From positions 11,532,001 through 11,596,000 of the forward strand of contig NC_091285.1 of the NCBI RefSeq assembly GCF_032444005.1: a DNA stretch of 64,000 nucleotides, written 5' to 3'. How positions within the stretch are numbered: the first letter of the stretch is position 1; each line of letters begins with the position of its first letter. Source of the stretch: Ranitomeya imitator. Taxonomy: Eukaryota. Below the pieces are notes generated by a model. The model saw only the letters and a program-made list of their open reading frames with translations. It was not told the DNA's origin and did no database searches. This document shows, in pieces, positions 1 through 12,740 of the stretch. The position numbers and the translations under genes were made by a program.

Positions 1-1985
1 TTGGCCGCGCAAATGTCCCGCGCATGCTCACGTACACGTATTCTCAGCTCTCGAGACCTTAGTCCAATGTAGATCTTAGAGCAGCCACAGGTTGCGTAGT
101 AAATCACATTCGTACTACTGCACGATATCCTGTGTCTAATGTTAAATTGCTGCTTACCGTCCGAGGAGCCGAATGTGGAGCAGCGCAGGACATTTGCGCA
201 GGCAAGACAGCGACCGCGTGGTGTAGAGCCCAGCGTAGGACCTCTCGAGCCAAATGGATTGCTTCTAGTAGGGACATAGTGACTGCTCACTAATAGATCT
301 TTAAGATTTTTCGATCTCCTGGCAGTCATTAGGGGAAAGTCCCCGAGAGTTACTCCCAGGGAGGGTTCAGTACCTAAAATCGACCAATGACTTTTAAGGG
401 TCTGTCGCATCTCTTCCGATTCATGATTGAATGTTGAGATAAATCTAATAGGTCACGCTGTTACCATATTCTGGCGAGCCGTGGAGGGTCTCAACAGGTC
501 ACAGCGTGGAGTAGCCCTTGCTCTTTGATAACCTTGTTTAATAGAACGATTCGAGTACCCCCTTGCTCTAAATCGAGATTTTAAATCAGAGGCTTGTTTC
601 TCAAATCTGGCATCAGATGAGCAAATCCGCCTCACCCTGAGAAACTGTCCGACCGGGACGGCCCGTATAGTAGAGGGATTGTGAGCTGAGGACGCATGAA
701 TCAAAGAATTCACAGATGTCGGTTTGCGATAAACATCTGTTTGGATATATCCAGCCTGGTCAACCTCAAATGTAACATCTAGGAAGTTGACCTTCTTCTC
801 ATCATATGTATATGTGAGATGAATGTTAGAAGAATTCTGATTCAGTGTCCCCATAAAATCCCCGAGCTGCTGCGCCGTCCCGTCCCACAAAAAGAAAATA
901 TCATCTATGTATCTGTGCCAGCACAGCACATGAGAGGCGGCCCGGGGACCCTTGTCGCCAAAAAGAGATCTCTCCCAGGAACCCAGGAAGAGATTGGCGT
1001 TCGAGGGCGCACAGGCCGCGCTTTTGCAGGTAAAATTGATCTTTAAAGACGAAAAAGTTGTGGGTAAGGACGTAGCGCAGCAGCTCAAGGATAAGATCAC
1101 ACAGAGGGCCGTCGCGGTCGGAGGCCCCCAGGAAGAGGCGGACCGCGTCGATGCCTTGTTCATGGTTAATGCAAGTATAGAGGCTCTCCACGTCAGCCGT
1201 AACCATCAACGTGTCATGGTCCACAAGAATGCCATTGACCCTAGCCAGGGCGTCCGTAGTATCCCGTACAAATGACGGTAGAGTCTCTACCATAGGTTTC
1301 AAATAAAAGTCGATGAAATGACAAATTGGGTTACACAGGCCACCAATGCCCGACACAATCGGGCGCCCTGGAGGGTCAAGGGCATTCTTGTGGATCTTAG
1401 GTAGTAAATAAAACGTTGGCGTTTTTGGAGATTTGACAGTGAGCCAATCCAACACTTGTCTTGTAATTATGCCTCTATCCAAGGCTCTAACCAGAATTCT
1501 TTGGAGATCGAGAGAGAAAGAGGCAGTAGGATTATACGATAACTTCAAGTATGTCTCAGAATTTCTCAGTTGTCTGAAGGCCTCCAGTTCATATTTATCG
1601 TGCGGCCAGATCACAATGTTCCCCCCCCTTGTCTGCTGGTTTGAACACAACATCAGGTAAAGACTGAAGCTGCAATAGTGCAATACGATCAGTTGGAGTC
1701 AAATTGTTGTATCGGCGCCTCTGTGAGAGTTTCTTGAAATCTTCACTAACACATTTAGTGAATACCTCATTCGCAGGGCAGAGAAACAAGGCGGGGAACC
1801 TGGTAGATCTGGGAGAGGAGGAAGGTGGAAATCTGTTAGGGTAAGAACCAACCTGTTCAGCTAGGAGGTCCTCCAAATTCTGCAAAGTATCTCTCTCGAT
1901 CTCACTCATGATTTCACAACGGGACCTCTTTAGATGTAACTCCCTCAGTAACAGTTTTCGCGAGAATAAATGCAGATCTTTTATG
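1..1985 (-). mobile_element. Penelope-like retroelement (RT plus C-terminal GIY-YIG endonuclease), decayed, 5'-truncated, runs off the window start
   Basis: Minus-strand translation gives KPADKGG, TADVESLY (RT motif A), RYIDD (motif C), then RCLAC and NVIYYATCGCSKIYIG...RIRVREH (GIY-YIG) at about 1-200. Disrupted by frameshifts near 1620 and 1040 (the latter deleting the GxAMG motif) and one in-frame TGA at 453-455. Confidence 0.93.
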
Positions 1986-1989
1986 CACG

Positions 1990-2095
1990 TGTCTGTGCAC
2001 CCTCTATATACAACTACAAGTCCCAGCATGTGTCTGTGCACCCTCTACATACAACTACAACTCCCAGCATGTGTCTGTGCACCCTACAAGTCCTG
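1990..2095. repeat. 41-bp tandem repeat, about 2.5 copies, at the PLE truncation point
   Basis: gtctgtgca recurs at 1991, 2032 and 2073; unit contains actacaa(g/c)tcccagcatg. Confidence 0.8.
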
Positions 2096-2849
2096 GCGTC
2101 TGTATCTTAGAGACTAATATTATGTATTAGGAGTTGGGGGTCACATACTTTCTATCTGTATAGCCACCTCACATATGGAGGAATCACCTCCGAGGTCAGT
2201 GACATGAGGCGCCATCATTTCTAATGACCGGAGAGATGTCCTAGAAATGCCCGGACTGTGGATGTGGCTCCCAGTAACTTCCCAGTGGGCTCTGTGCCCC
2301 CACGGATAATGAGCACTCGTCCAGTGATGTGACACCCATAGAAGTGTATAGGGCCCGACTACCTCCAGCTCACGGCGCCACACAGAGGTGCAACCAAGCA
2401 CTGCACGGTCCGTACTTGCCCCAACAGCGACAAGACCCCCAAACTGCCATCTCCAGTGTCAGAACAGAGGTCACTGTGGCACCGCTGGATTACCAGAAGA
2501 TTGTACTGGGGACCTGTCACCCCTCCCCCTTATTTTACGGATAGATGAAGGGTCTTGAAGAAAAAACTGAAAAGGACCTGGTTTTCATGTGTAATGGAGC
2601 TGCTCGTCCCTCTTTCCATGTGGAAGGTTTGGGGTTTTGGCCATATTTCTCCCATGAAGACCACCTCTGGCCAGACTTCTCCGCCCTGTAGGTGGTGTAG
2701 CTGGTCCTTCTGGTTGCTGCCAGTTCTGAATTGATGGCACTGCTGAACATCTTCTGATTTCGGAGGGACACTTGTACCGATTACATCGGCCCCTCATTCG
2801 GTTCATACTATGGGGTAGACGTTCCTGCCACTGGCACTATTGTGTAGAT

Positions 2850-4851
2850 CGGGGGGTCCAACCTTTTGATGTCTCTGGGCCACATCGAAAGAAGAACAGT
2901 TGTCTTGTCGCGCACTTTAAATATAAAAACATTAATGAAAGCTGATAAGCAAATAAAAGGTCCATCCATAATTTTAGTAATTTCTGTCACCACAGAAAAA
3001 CAAATAATAATTTTAATTATGCATCGGCCTGTTCAGAGAAAAGTCACAACATTGTAATTACTAACAGAGAACATGTAGAATAAAACACTTCACTGAGACT
3101 GCTGTATACATATCTCATATGATACTCTGAGACTCTGCTGTGTACAAATCACATAGGATACACTGAGACTGCTTTATACATATCTAATAGGATACTCTGA
3201 GACTCTGCTGCGTATAAATCACATAGAAGACACAGACTCTGCTGAATATTCATCCCATAGGAGAAACTTAAACTGCTGTATATACATCACATAGGAGACA
3301 CGGAGACTGCTGAATATGCATCACATAGGAGACACCGAGACTGCTGTTTATACATCATGTAGGAGACACTGAGTCTTCCGTGTATACATCACATAGGAGA
3401 CACTGAAATTCTGCTGAATATACATCACATAGGAGACACCGATACTGCTGTATATACATCACATAGGAGACAAAGAAACTCTGCTGTATACACCTCAGAA
3501 AGGAGACCCTGAGATTTTAGAATGTACAGCACATAGGCTGATATACATCACATAGGATACACTGAGATTCTGCTGTATATACTTCACGTAGTTGACACTG
3601 ACACTGCTGTATGTACATCACATAGGAGACATTGAGACTCTGTTGTATATACCTCACTTAGGAGACACTGGGATTGCTTTATATACATTACATACAAGAC
3701 ACTGATGCTGCTGTATATACATCACATAGAAGACACTTAGACTGTTGTATACACATCACATAGACACTGAGACTGCTGTATATACATCATATAAGAGACA
3801 CTGAGACTGCAGTAAATACATCACATAGGGGACACTGATACTGCTATATATACATCACACAGGATACATTTAGACTGTTGTATATACATCATTGGAGACA
3901 CTGACACTGCAGTATACATCATAGGATACACTTACACTACTCTATAAAACAGATAAGAAGTTCTAAGACTGCTGTATACATTATAGAATAACTCACATAG
4001 GAGACACTGAGACTGCTGTATACACACCACATAGCAGACACTGAGACTGCTGTATATACATCACATAGGAGACACAAAATACTGTATATACATCGCTTAG
4101 GAGACATTTAGACTGCTGTATATACATCATATATGAGATTGATACTGCTGTCTATACATCTTATAGGAGACATTGAGACTACTGTCTATACATCATCTAG
4201 GAGACATTGAGAATTTTGTATATACATCACATAGGAAACACTGAAACTGCTGTATATACATCACATAGGAGACACCTAGACTGCTGTATATATATCACAT
4301 AGGAAATACAGAGACTCTGTTGTATATACAGTACATCACATAAGAGACAATGAGACTCTTCTATATATACATTGCATCACATAGTGGAGATGAGACTGCT
4401 ATATACACATCACGTAGGAAATATTGAGACTGCTGTAAGTGTATTCTAGTGTAACCCATGTGTTGTATATCGATTACATAGGAGAAAGGAGACTGGTGTG
4501 TACATCATACGATACACTGAGACTGTGGTGTATAGACTCAGTCAGACTCTGGAGATGCAAAGCTACGGAGCTACAGAGCTGCGATGGTGGGAGCGGGACA
4601 ACACAACAGAGCGTGTTAAATCCACCCTCAAATAAAGTCCTGAAGGTGGCTCTTTTGAGTGTCAGACTAAATCCAGTCTTCAGGCATGCACAGTTCTCTC
4701 TACAAAAATGAAACAGTCGGAAGTTGCAAAAACTGAGTCCGCGGCCCACTATGCATTTAAGCATTGCAGGCCATTGGAAATCTGTCCTGGGCAGCATTAA
4801 CAGCCACCTTGGGTCATGTGTGGCTCGGGGGCCGCAGGTTGGACACCCTCG
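2850..4851. mobile_element. Non-autonomous hAT-type DNA element carrying an internal minisatellite
   Basis: About 15-bp imperfect TIRs (cggggggtccaacct / aggttggacaccctcg) and an 8-bp TSD gtgtagat/gtgtagac (1 mismatch). No transposase ORF. Confidence 0.75.
3090..4540. repeat. Diverged 34-bp minisatellite (ataggagacactgagactgctgtatatacatcac), about 40 copies
   Basis: Direct periodicity, e.g. atag(c/g)agaca at 4031 and 4065. Confidence 0.92.
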
Positions 4852-5161
4852 GTGTAGACATTGCTGTGATAAACGTTGTTTATAAGATTGCAGCTACATT
4901 ATTACTGTTTGTGCAAATATGAGAATATGCTCAGGGGCGGTCTTAGAGGTGTGGCCATGGTATTCAGGGGTGGGGCTTAAGTTTTAAAAAGACACACCAG
5001 AGCAGCGTTATGAAAAACTTAACTCTGATTGGTTTCTATTATTAAAAAAGATAATATTGTTAAACGAGGCCCAAGATATTAAAAAGTCGGTGCAGTTTAA
5101 GTAAAACCAAGACACAAGAAACGAGAAGAAAAGTGCAACAGTAAAATACGACAGAATGAAC

Positions 5162-5167
5162 TTTATT
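5162..5167 (-). terminator. Putative polyadenylation signal of depolymerase paralogue A
   Basis: AATAAA on the minus strand about 155 nt downstream of the TAA stop at 5322. Confidence 0.55.
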
Positions 5168-5321
5168 GTAGAGTAAAAACTACAATCCAGAGTTTTCTAT
5201 GATCGAAAGATCCCGAACACGATGACGGAACAGCTACCACACCTAAAAGTCACCATATTTACAAGCAGAGATGTAACTGGCCGTCCTGCAGCTCCAGCTC
5301 CCCCCTCTCCCCTTTTCCACA

Positions 5322-8300
5322 TTAGTAGAGACCCAGGGTCCTGAGCATCATCCTCTCCACGCCGGTCATCTGATAACCATTCTTGTTAGCTGGAAATGTA
5401 AAGCATGGCATTAGAAATGTGTAAATCCTGCGCTAAGCCTCGATATCTAGGACAGCGCGGTGTGAACCAATGTGGCCGACATTGCTGCTCCTACAGAGGT
5501 CACCACTTACATGTTCATCATGGAACGTCTGCCAATTAACTGCTAAGTTAGGAAGAATTCCCAGAATGCACTGAATTAAATATGACCCCGCGGGGGCGGC
5601 GTACAGTGGTGTGATGTCATCAGGAGGCGGAGCTTGTACCACAACTATATATCATCTAGACTACATCAGGTCTATATATATGACCGGAAGAGATTAATGT
5701 CTTACCGTATGCAGAGCTGCTGAATCCCCACCTGTAGAGGGAGAGACACAGGATTAGATACACAGCTCATCTGCAGTATCACACAGGATAGGATTAGATA
5801 CACAGCTCATCTGCTGTATCACACAGGATAGGATTAGATACACAGCTCATCTGCTGTATCACACAGGATAGGATTAGATACACAGCTCATCTGCTGTATC
5901 ACACAGGATAGGATTAGATACACAGCTCATCTGCTGTATCACACAGGATAGGATTAGATACACAGCTCATCTGCTGTATCACACAGGATAGGATTAGATA
6001 CACAGCTCATCTGCTGTATCACACAGGATAGGATTAGATACACAGCTCATCTGCTGTATCACACAGGATAGGATTAGATACACAGCTCATCTGCTGTATC
6101 ACACAGGATAGGATTAGATACACAGCTCATCTGCTGTATCACACAGGATAGGATTAGATACAGCAGCTCAGCAAGCCACAAGTCCTATACTAACCAGTCC
6201 CAGCATCCGTTGGGGTTGGACAAGTTGGACTTGGCCTGAGGATACAGGATGATGAAGTTGTTCAGATCGGCCACCTGGTTGTACCCGGTGTATCTGGCAT
6301 ATTTGTCACCAAGTTTTTCCCTGTAAAACAAAAAGAAATGTGTCTTGTAATTATTCATCATCTGCACCGAAAACTGCTGTGATACCACAACTCCCAGCAT
6401 CCCCTAAAGGGGATGTGTCATCAAAAATCTAACTATTGTTTAGATGATGTGATGTCACAGCTCACCTCCTCCTCCTGTACAATGACTGATAACACCGCTA
6501 TATACAGTAGATAACACAGGATCCACCATTCACAATAGATGATGTCACAGCTCACCTCCTCCTCCTGTACAATGACTGATAACACCTCTATATACAGTAG
6601 ATAACACAGGATCCACCATTCACAATAGGTGATGTCACAGCTCACCTCCTCCTCCTGTACAATGACTGATAACACCGCTATATACAGTAGATAACACAGG
6701 ATCCACCATTCACAATAGATGATGTCACAGCTCACCTCCTCCTCCTGTACAATGACTGATAACACCTCTATATACAGTAGATAACACAGGATCCACCATA
6801 CACAATAGGTGATATCACAGCTCACCTCCTCCTCCTGTACAATGACTGATAACGCCTCTATATACAGTAGATAACAGAGGATCCACCATTCACAATAGAT
6901 GATGTCACAGCTCACCTCCTCCTCCTGTACAATGACTGATAACGCCTCTATATACAGTAGATAACACAGGATCCACCATTCACAATAGGTGATATCACAG
7001 CTCACCTCCTCCTCCTGTACAATGACTGATAACGCCTCTATATACAGTAGATAACACAGGATCCACCATTCACAATAGGTGATGTCACAGCTCACCTCCT
7101 CCTCCTCCTATACAATCACTGATAACACCTCTACATACAGTAGATAACACAGGATCCACCATTCACAATAGGTGATGTCACAGCTCACCTCCTCCTCCTG
7201 TACAATGACTGATAACACCTCTATATACAGTAGATAACACAGGATCCACCATTCACAATAGGTGATATCACAACTCACCTCCTCCTCCTGTACAATGACT
7301 GACAACACCTCTATATACAGTAGATAACACAGGATCCACCATTCACAATAGGTGATGTCACAGCTCACCTCCTCCTCCTGTACAATGACTCATAACACCT
7401 CTATATACAGTAGATAACACAGGATCCACCATTCACAATAGGTGATGTCACAGCTCACCTCCTCCTCCTGTACAATGACTCATAACACCTCTATATACAG
7501 TAGATAACACAGGATCCACCATTCACAATAGGTGATGTCACAGCTCACCTCCTCCTCCTGTACAATGACTGATAACACTTCTATATACAGTAGATAACAC
7601 AGGATCCATCATTCACAATAGGTGATGTCACAGCTCACCTCCTCCTGTACAATGACTGATAACACCTCTATATACAGTAGATAACACAGGATAGGTGATG
7701 TCACAGCTCACCTCCTCCTCCTGTAATGACTGATAACTCCTCTATATACAGTAGGTGACATTGGATCCATCGTTCGGCATAGATGATCACAGCTCACCTC
7801 CTCCCCTTCCCTTCACAATCCCCTTTGCCCAGATTACAGTTTGCCCAGTTTATACTTGGATACAAACATGGGGTCTCCGTCAGTCTTTTGCTTCTAATGT
7901 CACAATGAATAACATGAAGTACGAGTCCAACAAATCCTAAAGTCAGGGCTGTTCTCACCTTCCTTGCAGGCAGCCGTGGAAGACAATATGGAGTTTGCAT
8001 TCTGCAAAAAAAAAATACAAATCACTTAGAAGAAAGAATGGTAAAAAAGCTCAAACATCCCTGGTTATGGTTTAGGGGCAGAGGGACACAACTTGACCCT
8101 CACTTGTGCTGACCCTCGTGCTTCTTGGATCGCGGTTGCAGGCAGGAACTTCTATAATCAGGGTCCATTCTTTCATGCTATGCCCAACTCATTTATTTAA
8201 CGTGATTTTATAAAAAATGAGAACTTAGAAAACTAGAAAGTAGACCCTCAACCCATCCTACTTGCCATTTTTTTTAATAGTTTTTCTCATAATTTCAACC

Positions 8301-11300
8301 CACATAAAACATCATATAGTATACAGCTTCCAAGATCGTCATTTAATACCAACATGGCTAGATGTTACCAGGGTCACTAAATACTGCCAAGGGTCATCAT
8401 GTCCTGTCCAAACTAGACCACGGGACAGAGACTGCCAAGACCACTACATACCACCAGGACCGCCAGAAACTGCCAATACCACCAGATACTGCCAAGACAA
8501 CCAGATATTATTGGGACCACCAGAAACTGCCCAACCCACTAGATACTACAAGAACCACCGGAGACTGCATAGACCAGATGCTTCCAAAACCACTAGATAC
8601 TACCACAACCACAAAATGCTTCCAAGACCACTAGATTATATCAGTACCACCAGAAACTGCCAAAACCACTAAATATTACTAGGACCACCAGATGTTTACA
8701 AGATCAATAAATACTACAGTGACCACCAGAAATTGCCAAGACCACTATATAGTACCACGACGACCTGATAATGCCAAGGCCAGTAGACATTAGAACTGCC
8801 AGCAGATAAAATCAGCACCACCAGAAATGACCAAGACCATTAGATCCTACCAGGACCGCTACATGCTTCCAAGACCAGTAGATACTACCAGGACCACTAG
8901 AAAATGACAAGACTTCTAAATACTACCAGGACCAACAGATGCTTCCAATACCACTAGATACTACAACAACCACTAGATACTTCCAGGTCTGCAAAGACCA
9001 GTAGATACTACCAGGACCACCAGAAACTGCCAAGACCTGTAGATACTACCAGGACCACCGAAAACTGCCAAGACCACTAGATACTACCAGGATCACAAGA
9101 TGTTGCCAAGATCAGTAGAATTTAGAATGACCATCAGATACTATTAGACTTTCAAAGACCATGACATAATGTCAAGGATATCATAAGCTACCATGTTCAA
9201 CAAAGATCACTTGATACTTGGTACCGTTAGGTCTACTAGACATAACATCAAACTCATACACTACCTGGATTAGGAGATGTTACCAGGATGACTAGAGAGT
9301 ACTAAGACCACCAGATACTAGAACAATGAGACAAAAACCTAGATCATCACATATAATCAGGCCCCCCAGGGGCATATGATACTATGTAGAATGCTATGTA
9401 CCATCAGTATAGTCAGCTGCTGTCAAGACTAGTAGAAACTACCAAGATCACCAGATACTATGAGGACTGTGAGAAGAAAACCAAGAACATCAAATACTAC
9501 CAGGACAACCAAATACTGTCCTAGGCTTCTGTCAGGACCACAATATTCCACCAGGACCTCTGGACAGTATCAGAGCTATAAGACACCACAATGCCCATAA
9601 GGTACTGCCAAAGCTATCAGATACTACCAGGACCATAGGCTAAAATGCCACAGGCTAAAACACCATGGTCTAAAACAATGACCAGAAGAAACTATTAGGA
9701 CAACCAGATACAACCAGGAACACAAACACTATCAGATACAACCAGGAGGAACAAATATTACAAGTAACATCAAGAAACACCAGGGTCAAAACAAGACATT
9801 TACATGTTCCCCACTATTCAAACCACCAGTCACTGTGTCATGGTGGTAATGAGCACACGTTCCCAACGCCGTGCTACTCTCTGTGTTTGCTGCTCTGTTC
9901 CTCACTGTGTCAGGCTGCCGCGCTGAGTCCGCATGCAGAACTCATTGTCTTGTTTTCCCTGTTTCTGACTTGACTTGTTTACCTGTTGCGTCTGACCTCT
10001 CCACTCCTTACCCCAACTTCGTATAGTGAACCCCTGCTGCCTGCCCCATTCTCTGAACGTCTGACTACGCTTCTGTATCACCGTTCTGTACCTCGTATAC
10101 CTGCTCTGAACCATGGGTCAGCTACTGCAGGTCCAGGGACTGCCCTGGAGTAATGATGACTACCTGCGGCAAAGCCTATCCTCACCACCAAAGGCTTTAA
10201 CAAAAACCAGGTAGTCGCTTAGTCATGCCACTTCAGAGTAAGTATGACCTGTGGCCCAGTGATTCCACACCCACCACCATCACATACTGCCACCAAAGTC
10301 AGTCACTTACGTGCTCCACTCTGGCATGATGAAGGAACATAGACATATCCAGCAGTGTCCATTCCGTAAGTTGAAGGAGCAGCAAGTTTAAAGAATTCAA
10401 CCTGGTCAAACAAGATCAGCTGCAAGACAAAAGACAGACCATGAGTTGAAGAATTCTGAAGAAGGTCATGAATAACCAACGTCTTTTAAGGTCTCTCAGA
10501 TATGGACCTGATGTACAGAGGCATTCCACCTATATGTATTAATGTAGCAGTAAGAGACAGAAGTAATTGTTGTTAGTAGTTGCTCTTAAAGGGGCTATAA
10601 GGTGTATCGTGTTTGCCTTGAAAAATTAGCAACTGTTTTTGGAAGAAGGCAACCATAAACATTGCCCACCACATGTGCTCCTCTCCACTTTTAGCCTCAT
10701 CAACCATTGAGCAGTGCAGAAACTATTCATGGAACTCATTGCTCTGCAGCCCGGATTTCTACGAAACTGGAAGAGTCCTTTTTTGTTATGAGTTAGAAGA
10801 GGGACTGACTTAATTTTGGCTACTAGTCTGGACTTCTATGGAGGAAGATCCCCTTTAATCAACAAAAAAAGTTCTGGAACAACCACAAAATTAGAAGGAT
10901 GGAGGTGGCCTCTTTTTCATAGATGGATTAGAAATCTCAACATCAAGGTTTTACAATTAAACCTGGGATAAACTAAACTTCCTGATAGCTAATCTAGGTA
11001 TCTTGGGCAGAGTTGTTCTCGAAATGCTAAGTCAGACACAATCGTTCAGATAGAACTTTTTACCTGTCCAGTGAATGCCGCTCCGCTGCTTGGTTTCTGT
11101 GTCAAGAAAAAGGTCAGAAATCTAAGTAACAGAGCTTTGTCTCAATCTAGACCTTCAAATCTTACAGAGATCGAAGAACTGCTCACCTCCAGCCCTCCTC
11201 CGTAGATATGATTGAGAGCCTCATAGGCCCCATTATAGTTACAGTTGTTGATGTAATCAAGGTTTGTTGACCCGCAGACCCCTCCGTAGCTGTCTGTGGG

Positions 11301-12675
11301 CTGTAAGCAACCACAAATACCAGAAATGACTACATTACTTATGAATGTTCAATAGTAATTAAATTAATCTTCTCCAAAAGGTAAATATAATGAATTCAAC
11401 CTGGAGTGTCCGTCGATAGCTTCCACCCAATGTCAACCCCCATTACCACAGAGATATAGGTGGATACGACTCTCACCATTCCATGCTGAGCCGCAACGTC
11501 GTACACAGTCTTGAGAGCTCCGGAACCGGTGATGTAGGATGCATAATATTCCTCCTGCTTTTTCACCACACCTAAAATAAACAGTAGTGGTTGTAGAACA
11601 AATGGGACCCACAGAAACCAATGGACACCCCTTTCAGTTCACTTGGCATCAACTTCAGATAAGGTTCCTCCACTTAGAAGTAGCTCCTCACATGCTGCTC
11701 CCATGAGCAACTATGCCGAAGGAAATACTCTAACTAAAAGTGGTGGTCAAGAACAGAAAAATCTGTCTGAAAATTTATAGAATACCCTATAAAATATACT
11801 ATAGACCCTTTATAGAACTTTGAGGGTCTACACATTGCCCATGCTAAAATTAAATGAACCAGCCCTGGTATCTTATCGAGGTTGATTGTGTATAGGCAGC
11901 CCTAAGACAATTAGGGGTTACCTCTTCCACTACAAGTAGATGATTGACTCCAATGGCGGACCTCCACGTGAATAGCAGATATTCCAGGGTATACACACAG
12001 CAAAAGTTGGTTACACATGGTTTGGTTGGGTCAAAGAAGACTAAAAATGGATCTATATTATTTTACTCACCTGGAACTACTACAGTATCACGTGTTCCAG
12101 AAAAGATGTACACTCTGCTGTTGGCGAGGTTGGACAAGGGGTCGAGGAGTCCACTGTTGGCGTAAGTTTGAGTCTTGGACTTCAATGTGGCAACGTTGAT
12201 GCTTGTGGGCAGTTTCATACAAGCATTAGTTGCAGTGAGCAAGTTTCCTTGTGCACAATAGTATGGTCCTATGGGGACATCGAAAGAGAAGGTATTGTCA
12301 GAAAGAACCTTACCTATATAATAGCACAACAGCGTGACGCTCCCTTTAAGGCTGATAAATAATTGAAGGAAATTCTTTGTACCTCCAGCAAAGAGGCCAG
12401 CTCCAATGACCCGTTTTGACTGGGCAACATGGAACTGGTTAGCCATGTAGGATCCCGAGGACAGTCCAGATACAGACAAAGCACTTTCGAGATTGTACTT
12501 GGCTGTCAAAATAAATATTAAGTTTAGGAAACGGTATTTAGAAGCAAAACCATTTCACTTCGGGTATTGAAATTGATTATTCCTTCCTTCTAAATACAGA
12601 CAAATATAACTTACCAAGCTTTGACTGTCCATAGCAGAGGCCAACCAGAGAGAGCAAGATGATGAAAGCCTTCAT
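5322..12675 (-). CDS. Secreted poly(3-hydroxybutyrate) depolymerase-like esterase, paralogue A (11 coding exons, 330 aa)
   Basis: Exons (minus): 12615-12675, 12383-12502, 12071-12268, 11477-11571, 11187-11300, 11064-11096, 10311-10419, 7959-8001, 6195-6320, 5706-5731, 5322-5389. All introns are GT-AG, phases are compatible, total 993 nt with no internal stop. Signal peptide MKAFIILLSLVGLCYG; SVSGLSSG (Ser35); FSGTRD (Asp121); AQHGMPTD (His156); LHIVFHGC; GYNQVADLNNFIILYPQA; NPNGCWDWWG. The motifs match, in order, those of fungal-type extracellular PHB depolymerase as I recall it (no database search run). Confidence 0.92.
5746..6170. repeat. 40-bp tandem repeat (acacaggataggattagatacacagctcatctgctgtatc), about 10.5 copies, in intron 9 of paralogue A
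   Basis: Near-perfect 40-bp periodicity. Confidence 0.97.
6445..7800. repeat. 90-bp tandem repeat, about 15 copies, in intron 8 of paralogue A
   Basis: gatgtcacagctcacctcc recurs every 90 bp (6541, 6631, 6721); produces the 30-aa repeating spurious ORF. Confidence 0.97.
8350..9800. repeat. Degenerate 19/38-bp minisatellite (ccagaaactgccaagacca-ctagatactaccaggacca) in intron 7 of paralogue A
   Basis: 38-bp period visible at 9003 and 9041, built from two related 19-mers; heavily diverged elsewhere. Confidence 0.85.
9836..10284 (+). mobile_element. Solo LTR (Gypsy-related) in intron 7 of paralogue A
   Basis: TG...CA ends and 5-bp TSD cactg/tactg. The 3' part (gggactgccctggag...cctatcctcacca...aaaaaccaggtagtc...ccacacccacc) matches the LTR at 16190-16345. 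Confidence 0.7.
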
Positions 12676-12733
12676 GTTTTCTGCCTTAGGATACTTTGAG
12701 GAGAAAGTCCTGACTAATGAAAGAGATATAGGG

Positions 12734-12740
12734 TTTTATA
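12734..12740 (-). promoter_or_regulatory. TATA box of paralogue A
   Basis: TATAAAA(CCC) about 60 nt upstream of the ATG; the same 10-mer sits upstream of paralogue B. Confidence 0.7.

Noticed and set aside
6433-7368. 220-aa ORF with a 30-aa Cys/Trp-rich repeat
   Set aside because: Translation of the 90-bp intronic tandem repeat.
12269-12382. In-frame, stop-free 114-nt intron 2 of paralogue A (possible retained intron)
   Set aside because: The equivalent intron in B is 112 nt and frame-breaking, the splice sites are canonical, and a 38-aa insertion would split the conserved GGPY motif. Most likely chance.
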